A DNA stretch of 24,000 nt from Jatrophihabitantaceae bacterium (GCA_036506155.1 DASXSF010000014.1:2415-26414), one strand, 5' to 3'. Numbered from the stretch's first letter, positions 9,944 through 16,415 are shown. Made by a program: numbers and translations. Notes: generated from the sequence alone by a model not told the origin.

Positions 9944-11065
9944 ATGCACGGCCGGATCGACTTTCATCATGCCGGGTTGGGGCGAGTTCGGGCCCGTACA
10001 AGGGTCCGTGGCGCTGATGGCGTGCTGCGGGCAATCACGCGTTGGGGTGGCAGCGAAGCAGAGGCCGATGCAAGGTTAATGGTCGCGGTACGCGAGCAGG
10101 CCTGCCAGAACGACGGAGTACTGGCCGCCCACACCCGGCTCACCTCGGCCACGCAGGTCTGGCTGAGCGAGCTGGCGCGGTCCGAGCTGGCCGCCAGCAC
10201 TCGGCAGCTGTACCAGGCTGCGGCCCGCTGCTACCTGATTCCCACGCTCGGGTCGCTGTGCATCGGTGAGCTCACCGTCACGGTCATCGAACGCGCGCTG
10301 GCGTCGATCCGATCCCAGCATGGGCCGCAGCCCGCGCGGCCCGCACGCCGAGCCCTGTCGAGTCTGGGCCACTGCGCCGTGCGCCACGGTGCGCTGCCAG
10401 TCAACCCGGTGCGCGACACCCGCCCGATCGCCTGCCCGCGCAAACGGGTCCGAGCGCTCACCGTTGGCGAGGCCGCCGAGGTGCTGGCACGGCTGCGCGC
10501 CGATCCGACCGCCCTCCGGCTGGACCTGCCCGACTTCGTGGAGTTCATGCTGGGCACCGGCGTGCGCATCGGCGAAGCTTGCGCAATCCGTGAAGCAGTT
10601 CTGGACCTCAAGGCCGGCACCGTGCACATCAACGCCACCGTGGTCCGCGTCGACGGCGTCGGGCTGGAGATCCAGCCACGGACCAAGACCGCCCGATCCG
10701 AACGGATCTTGCACTTGCCGCCACATCTCCTGCGTATGCTCAGGCGGCGCCCGCTTAACGGCCACCCGCCAGGACCGGCTGGGGTCAACTTCACCTCCCC
10801 CGGGCTGATCCGCGACCCGTCCAACACCCAGGCCGACCTGCGCCAGGCCCTTGACCGTGGCGGCTACCCGTGGGTGAGCAGCGACGTCTTCCGCAAGACC
10901 GTCGCATCTCGCCTCGACGACGAGGGCTACGGCATCCGCCATATCGCCAACCAGCTCGGGCACAGCCGACCGTCAACCACGATGGACTACTACCTCGGCC
11001 GGCGTGCGCTCACCACGATCAACTTCTCCCGCGCGCTCGAGCCGCTCTTAGCCGCGAGTGAGTAA
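9944..11065 (+). CDS. int: Tyrosine recombinase / phage-type site-specific integrase (373 aa from ATG 9944)
   Basis: Box I Arg in LGTGVRIGEACAI. The C-terminal catalytic region is VSSDVFRKTVASRL...IANQLGHSRPSTTMDYYLGR (R, H, Y present). The N-terminal RVRGADGVLRAITRWGGSEAEADARL resembles the arm-binding domain of actinobacterial integrases. The exact start is uncertain. Confidence 0.85.
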   Translation: MHGRIDFHHAGLGRVRARTRVRGADGVLRAITRWGGSEAEADARLMVAVREQACQNDGVLAAHTRLTSATQVWLSELARSELAASTRQLYQAAARCYLIPTLGSLCIGELTVTVIERALASIRSQHGPQPARPARRALSSLGHCAVRHGALPVNPVRDTRPIACPRKRVRALTVGEAAEVLARLRADPTALRLDLPDFVEFMLGTGVRIGEACAIREAVLDLKAGTVHINATVVRVDGVGLEIQPRTKTARSERILHLPPHLLRMLRRRPLNGHPPGPAGVNFTSPGLIRDPSNTQADLRQALDRGGYPWVSSDVFRKTVASRLDDEGYGIRHIANQLGHSRPSTTMDYYLGRRALTTINFSRALEPLLAASE

Positions 11066-11066
11066 G

Positions 11067-11099
11067 TGGTTCGTTTATGGTTCGTTTCTGGTTCGCACC
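11067..11099. repeat. Three tandem 11-bp repeats TGGTTCGTTTA / TGGTTCGTTTC / TGGTTCGCACC
   Basis: Read directly. The array begins 2 nt after the integrase stop (TAA 11063-11065) and ends 29 nt before the tRNA-derived segment. The period is 11 bp, one helical turn. Confidence 0.7.
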
Positions 11100-11127
11100 C
11101 ACGGGCGCGGACTAGAATCCCCTTATA

Positions 11128-11170
11128 TGGTGGGCCCCGAGGGACTCGAACCCTCAACCTACGGGTCGAT
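11128..11170 (-). other. Orphan tRNA 3' half (variable arm + T arm + acceptor 3' strand + encoded CCA): att-site remnant, not a functional tRNA
   Basis: The minus strand reads ATCGACCCGTAGGTT-GAGGG-TTCGAGT-CCCTC-GGGGCCC-A-CCA, a canonical T stem-loop with a 7-nt acceptor strand, discriminator A and CCA. A stem-forming extra arm (GACC/GGTT) suggests a type II, Leu-like tRNA. No complementary GGGCCCC 5' acceptor strand and no anticodon stem-loop can be folded in the next 100 nt. Confidence 0.7.
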
Positions 11171-11259
11171 CTTCTGCCTTCGCCGCGAGCATCTTTGGCC
11201 TATTTTACTTGGGTATTCGCGTCGCCAGCGGCCCCGAATCACTCTGGCAGGCGGCATTT

Positions 11260-11280
11260 CATGTCACGTTCCATGTCACG
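11260..11280. repeat. Direct repeat CATGTCACG x2 (12-bp spacing), each preceded by TTC
   Basis: tTTCATGTCACGtTCCATGTCACG read directly in a non-coding, lower-GC stretch. Function unknown. Confidence 0.4.
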
Positions 11281-11566
11281 CGAGCTGCACCGGGTAAGCC
11301 ATCGACACCACAGCGTCTGGCGCTCGGCGCGGGCTCGTCGCTGGTCGTCGAAATCATCTCCGGTTCGACATGGAATCCGCAGACTGTCAGTGTCGGTCGC
11401 ACCAGTGGGTGAGACCTGCCCGCTGGGCGCAGCGACGCTGCCGTCTGCGATGTCGCGGGCAGACTCTGCCAGGCCAGTAGAGCCAGAGCCGGCGGTGACC
11501 TCAATGCCGATCACGGTCGGTAGGACGCCGTGCCATGCGTTGGTGGTACCGCATGTTCTCGTTCTC

Positions 11567-11584
11567 CGCGCAGCGAACTGCGCG
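11567..11584 (+). terminator. GC hairpin CGCGCAG-CGAA-CTGCGCG followed by CTGTTGATT (intrinsic-terminator-like)
   Basis: Perfect 7-bp stem, tetraloop and a moderately T-rich tail on the plus strand. No intact upstream plus-strand gene other than int, 500 bp away. Confidence 0.3.
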
Positions 11585-11817
11585 CTGTTGATTCGCTGCC
11601 GGCGGAGCGGCGCTACGTAGGAACCGGACGGGGGAGGGTGGCCACCATGGGGCCACCCTTCGCGGTGGCGGCGACGCGTGATGTGTGTGAGCGCGGAAAC
11701 TAGGCATAACCCGGCCGCCGCAGGGCGCTGGTCCGCCGCCCGCAAGGGGATCCTCTGTGCGAGAGTCCGGATTCGAATGAAGGCGACCAAGGCTCCAGCG
11801 TTGCGCCTCTGTCGTGA

Positions 11818-12432
11818 TCACCTTGGTGGCTGGCGGCGTTGGGGGTAGATGGTTTCTTCCTGTTCGAGCATGGAGACGAACTGCTCGATCCGCCGGCGAC
11901 GGGTCTCGGCCCGCTTGGCGGTCTCGATGCGATACAAAACGGCGTAGCGGTTCTGGCCGCTGAGGGTCTTGAACATCTCCCGCGCGTCAGGATTCGCGGC
12001 GAGGGCCGCGGCGAGATCGGGCGGTACCGCGATGCTCGCCGGGCCGGCGTACGCGGCCTCCCAACGGCCGTCGGCCTTGGCCCGCTCGATCGCGGCTAGG
12101 CCGGACACATGCATGCGCCCCTCAGTGATCAACCGCTCGGCGATCGCGGCGTTGCGCTTCGACCACCCGCTGCGCGGGCCGCGTGGCGTGAAGCGCTGCC
12201 GGTAGCTGCGCTCGTCGCCACCGCGGACCTGCCCGTCGATCCAGCCGTGGCACAGCGCCTCCTCCAGCGCCTGGTCATAGGTGAGGCTCGTGGGCTCGGT
12301 CGCGCCCTTCTTCGCGAGAGTCAGCCACACACCGCTGTGATCACTGTGATGTTCCCGGAGCCACGCTCGCCAGGCGGCGGTGTCGTCGACCGTCAAGGGC
12401 GGTAACTCGCTTCCCACACTGCAACCTTGCAT
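11818..12432 (-). CDS. YdeI/OmpD-associated family protein (204 aa from ATG 12432)
   Basis: Family-typical WRAWLREHHSDHSGVWLTLAKKG...LTYDQALEEALCHGWIDGQVRGGDERSYRQRFTPRGPRSGWSKRNAAIAERLITEGRM...AKADGRWEAAY...ETRRRRIEQFVSML. The 98-aa N-terminal extension of the ORF (to 12726) is not family-like. Confidence 0.8.
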   Translation of the reverse strand: MQGCSVGSELPPLTVDDTAAWRAWLREHHSDHSGVWLTLAKKGATEPTSLTYDQALEEALCHGWIDGQVRGGDERSYRQRFTPRGPRSGWSKRNAAIAERLITEGRMHVSGLAAIERAKADGRWEAAYAGPASIAVPPDLAAALAANPDAREMFKTLSGQNRYAVLYRIETAKRAETRRRRIEQFVSMLEQEETIYPQRRQPPR

Positions 12433-12733
12433 GTGCACGGCGGCGTTCCACAAGCGGAACCCTGACCGGGCACGCGCTGGCCGGGTCCGCAACCATCCCT
12501 TACGCGCCAGGCAATGCCCGTATACCCCGCCCGCATAAGTGCCCGGTGAAGGCGGCCTGTACGGACAGCTCGGGACCGCCAATAGCGGCGGCCCCACGAA
12601 AGCTGTGCCGGCGGCGGCCTTCTCGGCTTTGGCGATCTGCTCGTCGATGGCGCTGACCGAGGGCAGCAAAGTTGGGGTCTCCACCGCTGAGAACATTCGT
12701 TTCCGACCACCTTGGTAGCGCCGCACGTTCTCC

Positions 12734-12907
12734 GTATCGGCAAAGTCGCAGGTTTACGACAGGCCAGCTGGCCGCGTCCGCCTCGAAGCAGCTGTGAGGT
12801 CGCGCCCAGATCGCCTACTACGCACTGGCGACGCGATACGACAAACTCGCGCGCTCGTCTACCGCGCCGGCCTGGTGCTCGCCGCGATCATCATCTGGCT
12901 GCGATGA
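12734..12907 (+). pseudogene. IS5-family (IS427/IS1182-like) transposase C-terminal remnant with an in-frame stop and a frameshift
   Basis: Stitched across frames this reads ...GQLAASASKQL*GRAQIAYYALATRYDKLAR / ALVYRAGLVLAAIIIWLR*. It matches the hallmark C-terminus of these transposases (LKQWRG.ATRYDKLA..Y.A...LAA..IWLR). No N-terminal or DDE part is present. It ends 16 bp from the yjjW-like stop. Confidence 0.6.
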
Positions 12908-12922
12908 CTTCAGAAACTCGCC

Positions 12923-13648
12923 CTAGCGGACCTCTAACTCGCGCACGCCGAGGTCGACGAGCTGGGTGCGGTACCGGTCGAGGCGGTGCGCATCTGGCTC
13001 CGGCCAGTGCCGCGCTTCGGCGCGCACCCCGTGCTGCCGGAAGCCGATGACCTTGATCCGCATCTGCGGGTCGAGGTCGAGCAGCCAGTCCACGGTCTGG
13101 GTGAGCGTCGGATGGTCATCATTGATGCCGGGGATGAGCAGCAGCCGCACCTCATAGAGCTTGCCGGCGGCGGCAACCTGCCGGATCGCGTCCAGCACTT
13201 GCGCGTTGCACGAGCCGGTGAGGTGCTCGTGCAGCGCCGGGTCGAGTGCCTTCAAGTCGAGCATGACGCCGTCGGTCACCGGAAGCAGCGACGTCCATGC
13301 GGCTGCCGGCGCCGCGCCGTTGCTGTCGATGAACCGGGTCAGGCCCGCCAGATCCGGGTCGGCACGCAGCGTGGTGAACATCGCTCGGACGAACTCCGCC
13401 TGCAGGGTCGCCTCGCCGCCGGAGACCGTCATGCCAGCGAGATATGGCGCTAACGGCCGCACCTCGTCGAGGACCTCGTCCACCTCCACCAGGCGCGCCC
13501 GTGGCGTATGCCGCGGGATCGTTTGCGGATTGTGGCACGCGAGGCAGTTGAGGTTGCAGCCCTGTAGGAACACGACGAACCGGTTGCCCGGGCCGTCCAC
13601 CCAGGAAAACCGGACGACGTCAGCCAGCAGGCCCTGCGGCGCTTTCAC
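12923..13648 (-). CDS. yjjW: YjjW-type glycyl-radical-enzyme activating protein (radical SAM), 241 aa
   Basis: RFSWVDGPGNRFVVFLQGCNLNCLACHNP carries the CX3CX2C cluster motif, in the same N-terminal context as PFL-activase-type proteins. TVSGGEATLQ is also present. The start overlaps the end of the upstream glycyl-radical enzyme gene by 29 nt. Confidence 0.9.
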   Translation of the reverse strand: MKAPQGLLADVVRFSWVDGPGNRFVVFLQGCNLNCLACHNPQTIPRHTPRARLVEVDEVLDEVRPLAPYLAGMTVSGGEATLQAEFVRAMFTTLRADPDLAGLTRFIDSNGAAPAAAWTSLLPVTDGVMLDLKALDPALHEHLTGSCNAQVLDAIRQVAAAGKLYEVRLLLIPGINDDHPTLTQTVDWLLDLDPQMRIKVIGFRQHGVRAEARHWPEPDAHRLDRYRTQLVDLGVRELEVR

Positions 13649-15173
13649 CGCTGATCACCCGCTTCGGCGTCCGGGCGTCGACATGGTTGTTCGCGACCGA
13701 GCCGGCGGCGAGCAAGGTGCTCTGATGGCGGGCACCCTCATCGGCGAGCTTGGCCAGATCCGACTTGCGAACGAGGTATCCGGTGATGCGAATGAAGTCG
13801 TTGCCGTCGAGGTTAAAGGTGAAGTCGCGCATGCCGGCCCGGAACGCGCCGCGGATCACGTCGACAATGGCTTGCGGGTTGCGCTTGGCGGTGTCGTCGA
13901 AGGCGAGCACGTCGCTGACGCCAGCGGCGAACCACTTGTGGTGCGGCGCGACGGTCATCAGGTGATCCGGCAGTGACGGCTCGGTGCCGATCGGGATGCG
14001 CGTGCCGGCCGTGACGTTCTGGTCGAGGTCGATGCCGGGCTGCGAGTGCAGGAAGCAGCGGCCGTCGTTGCCTGCGCAGTAGGGCATCGGGCGCGCTGCC
14101 ACAAGGTGCACGACGCGTTCAACGAGGCGATACGAGAGTTCGTTCGCAGCCTTGTCGTGGCCATAGCGTGCGTCTGGCCGACCTTCGCGCTCGATGAGCA
14201 GGTCCACGCCTTCGGCGAGCCCGAACAGACCGAACATGGCGGCGAAGTTGTCGAGCGAGATGAGTCCCTCATGGGTGAGCCAGTTGTGTTCGTAGAACCT
14301 CGCCTGCTCGACGAGGTACCTGATCCGCGACTCGGCCAGTTCCGCGGCGAGCTCGACGTACTTCGGCAGCGTCCGGGTCAGGAACGAGACCGCCCCACTG
14401 TCGTGCCGCAGCACGGCCTCCTTGAGGTTCAACCGCACGAGGGTGTGCGATCCGCCGCCGATCTTGAGCGAGTTGTAGCAGCTCACGGCGGCGTACCGCT
14501 CGCCGAGGTCGTGCGTCATCAACCGGTGCGATACGAAGTGCGGTTTGCCGCACGCGAACACGGTCTGGACGGCGTCCAGCAGGTAGCTGTCCGGCGTGCG
14601 CTCAGGGTCCACACGCAGCGTCAGGTTAGGCGCGACCTGCAGCAGTTCCCGCTCGAGACGCAGGATCGTCCGTCCCACCCGGCTGTCGTCCGGGCCGAGG
14701 TCGGTGTGCGTGAACGCGTCCGGGAACATCCTGTCCAGGCTGATCCAGAACAACCGCAGTCGGCGGTAGAGATCCGCGTCGCTCACACCTTCGATGTACG
14801 GCGCGAGCAGCGTGTCCAAGTCGCCGAGGTACACCGGGTAGCCGGTGATGGACGGCACATGGGTGCAGAGGATGAGCAGGAAGGCCAGCGCTTCGTCCAG
14901 GTCGCGGGCTGGCGGCAGTTCCAGGAACGCCGAGCCGTTGCGCAGCGCCACGATGTAGTCCGGTACCACGTAGCGCGGGCGGTACGGCGGGTTGCCCTCG
15001 TACATGTCGCAGATGACCCGCTTGTCGAGGGCCTGCGCGCACTCGTCCGAGACCGGCGGCGGATCCACCGCGTTCTCGGCCAGTGTGGCGAGCTTCTGGA
15101 CACGCTGGCGATAAGTCAGCGCCGGATCGTCGACGACGCCGCGGACCAAGGTTTGGAGCTCAGCCTTCTCCAT
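13620..15173 (-). CDS. yjjI: YjjI-family (DUF3029) glycine radical enzyme, 517 aa
   Basis: Length and gene pairing match E. coli YjjI/YjjW. The C-terminal glycyl-radical-type motif is NDFIRITGYLVRK (R-[IV]-x-G-[YF]). A Cys-containing loop reads MPYCAGNDGRCFLHSQPG. Confidence 0.88.
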   Translation of the reverse strand: MEKAELQTLVRGVVDDPALTYRQRVQKLATLAENAVDPPPVSDECAQALDKRVICDMYEGNPPYRPRYVVPDYIVALRNGSAFLELPPARDLDEALAFLLILCTHVPSITGYPVYLGDLDTLLAPYIEGVSDADLYRRLRLFWISLDRMFPDAFTHTDLGPDDSRVGRTILRLERELLQVAPNLTLRVDPERTPDSYLLDAVQTVFACGKPHFVSHRLMTHDLGERYAAVSCYNSLKIGGGSHTLVRLNLKEAVLRHDSGAVSFLTRTLPKYVELAAELAESRIRYLVEQARFYEHNWLTHEGLISLDNFAAMFGLFGLAEGVDLLIEREGRPDARYGHDKAANELSYRLVERVVHLVAARPMPYCAGNDGRCFLHSQPGIDLDQNVTAGTRIPIGTEPSLPDHLMTVAPHHKWFAAGVSDVLAFDDTAKRNPQAIVDVIRGAFRAGMRDFTFNLDGNDFIRITGYLVRKSDLAKLADEGARHQSTLLAAGSVANNHVDARTPKRVISGESAAGPAG

Positions 15174-15523
15174 ACGCTCGACGCTAATTACGCCGCAGGA
15201 CTGGCGTCAGGGCCAAAGGTCCAGCCTCCGCACCGAGTCGTTTCAAATGGAACGAAATACAACAACGTTCTTCAATTCGCCGCGTTCGTCGGGCACGAAC
15301 CGCGGAGGCTGGTCATGAGCGGTGCGGCGGGTCGCAGCACTATTACTTTGACGGGCACTGTTGCGCTCGAAAACGCTGAAGCGCCAACGGTCCCGAATCA
15401 CGACCTCGGAGAGTTGTCGGTGGTACCTAGCGGCAACCTCTGATGGGCAAGCACGAGTTCACGGAGCCCACCTCATCCGCGACCCTCTCCATGCTTCCTT
15501 CAGCTGGGTTAGGACTCCCCGCT

Positions 15524-15549
15524 GTAGCGCATTAGCTATACTGCGCTAC
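15524..15549. promoter_or_regulatory. Perfect 8-bp inverted repeat GTAGCGCA-N10-TGCGCTAC enclosing a TATACT -10-like hexamer, abutting the antitoxin ATG (probable TA operator and leaderless promoter)
   Basis: GCTGTAGCGCATTAGCTATACTGCGCTACATG. TATACT lies at 15537-15542, 7 nt before the A of ATG 15550. No Shine-Dalgarno sequence is visible. Confidence 0.45.
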
Positions 15550-15972
15550 ATGAGCAGTCCACTGTCTATTCGGTTCGACAGGCGGCTTCTCGAGCGGCTG
15601 CGCCGCCGGGCGCAGTCCAGCCCGGGGGCGACGCCGTCCGGATTGGCGCAGCGTCTGGTCGATGAGGGTCTGCGCATGGCCGACCACCCCGGGGTGATCT
15701 TCAAGGACGGCCCGAGCGGGCGCCGCGCCGCGCTGGCGTTCGGGCCGGACGTGTGGGAGGTGGTCAAGGTGCTTCGCGAGATCGACGAGCGCGGCGAGCA
15801 GGCGGTGGCTGCGGCGGGGGAGGTGCTCGCCCTGCCGGAGGCGAAGGTGCGCGTGGCGATGCACTACTACGCCGCCTACCCGGAGGAGATCGACGCCGAG
15901 ATCGCCGAAGCCGAGCGCGTCTCGGGTGAGGCCGAGCACGCGTGGCAGGTCGAGCGGCGGCTGCTTGCGTGA
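15550..15972 (+). CDS. Antitoxin-like protein: N-terminal ribbon-helix-helix-like segment + DUF433-like domain (140 aa)
   Basis: MSSPLSIRFDRRLLERLRRRA is RHH-like. HPGVIFKDGPSGRRAALAFGPDVWEVVKVLREID...KVRVAMHYYAAYPEEIDAEI is DUF433-like. The stop overlaps the GTG of the downstream toxin gene (GTGA 15969-15972). The ORF-track start at 15361 is an upstream extension. Confidence 0.8.
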   Translation: MSSPLSIRFDRRLLERLRRRAQSSPGATPSGLAQRLVDEGLRMADHPGVIFKDGPSGRRAALAFGPDVWEVVKVLREIDERGEQAVAAAGEVLALPEAKVRVAMHYYAAYPEEIDAEIAEAERVSGEAEHAWQVERRLLA

Positions 15973-16337
15973 GCCTGGCGCTGCTGCTGGATGAGATGCA
16001 TGCTCCCGTCGTCGCCGCCACGTTGCGCGACCGTGGCCACGACGTGATCGCCGTCGCTGAACAGGATGAGCTTCGCGCGCTCACCGATGAGGAACTGTTT
16101 CGGTGGGCGGGCGAGCATGATCGGCGCATCGTCACCGAGAATGTCAAGGACTTCGCTCCGCTGCTGCGTCGGGCCGAGGAACTGCGTCACCAGGTCGCGC
16201 TGCTGCTGTTCACCAGTAGCCGCACCTTCCCGCGTTCTCGCCGCAATCCCGGACCGCTCATCGACGCCCTCGATGCGTGGTTGCGTGCCGCGCAGGCCAG
16301 CGCGCCGCCAATCGAGGACTGGCTCCAGCCCGGCTGA
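15969..16337 (+). CDS. DUF5615-family PIN-like (Mut7-C-like) putative toxin, 122 aa
   Basis: VSLALLLDEMHAPVVAATLRDRGHDVIAV...DEELFRWAGEHDRRIVTENVKDF fits the DUF5615 pattern (LLxDE...GHDV...IVTxDxDF). It is translationally coupled to the upstream antitoxin. Confidence 0.8.
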   Translation: MSLALLLDEMHAPVVAATLRDRGHDVIAVAEQDELRALTDEELFRWAGEHDRRIVTENVKDFAPLLRRAEELRHQVALLLFTSSRTFPRSRRNPGPLIDALDAWLRAAQASAPPIEDWLQPG

Positions 16338-16387
16338 CCGCCGCGGCGGCGAGCAGCACGTGTCGCCGTGCCCCGAGGGACACCGGT

Positions 16388-16415
16388 CCGCCGGGCTGAT
16401 CACGATCACCGGCGG
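16388..16415. terminator. Hairpin CCGCCGG-N14-CCGGCGG between convergent genes (candidate bidirectional terminator)
   Basis: Perfect 7-bp GC arms. The loop contains a second palindrome, TGATC-AC-GATCA. It directly abuts the stop of the PEBP gene and lies 50 nt after the toxin stop. There is no U-tract. Confidence 0.35.

Noticed and set aside
7338-10034. 898-aa ORF taken at face value as one intact CDS
   Set aside because: Only the first ~545 aa are protein-like. After ...GVLVAPP the translation becomes Arg/Pro-rich nonsense, while the overlapping frame (7361..8707) becomes a clean helicase. Both frames stay open only because high GC suppresses stop codons. I called it a frameshifted gene instead. 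The first 50 codons (10034-9885) also look non-coding and would collide with the integrase start region.
11128-11220. Full-length tRNA (Leu/Ser type) on the minus strand
   Set aside because: The T arm, acceptor 3' strand and CCA are perfect. However, no 5' acceptor strand (GGGCCCC), D arm or anticodon stem-loop with a U33-containing 7-nt loop could be folded in any register. A short resemblance to a tRNA-Leu D loop (GGCGAAGGCAGA) is not supported by pairing.
11066-11790. ORFs 11066..11620 (+), 11209..11412 (+) and 11239..11790 (-) as genes
   Set aside because: There is no third-position GC enrichment in any phase. The translations are low-complexity or Arg/Ser-rich with no recognisable motifs. 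The first ORF runs straight through the tRNA remnant.
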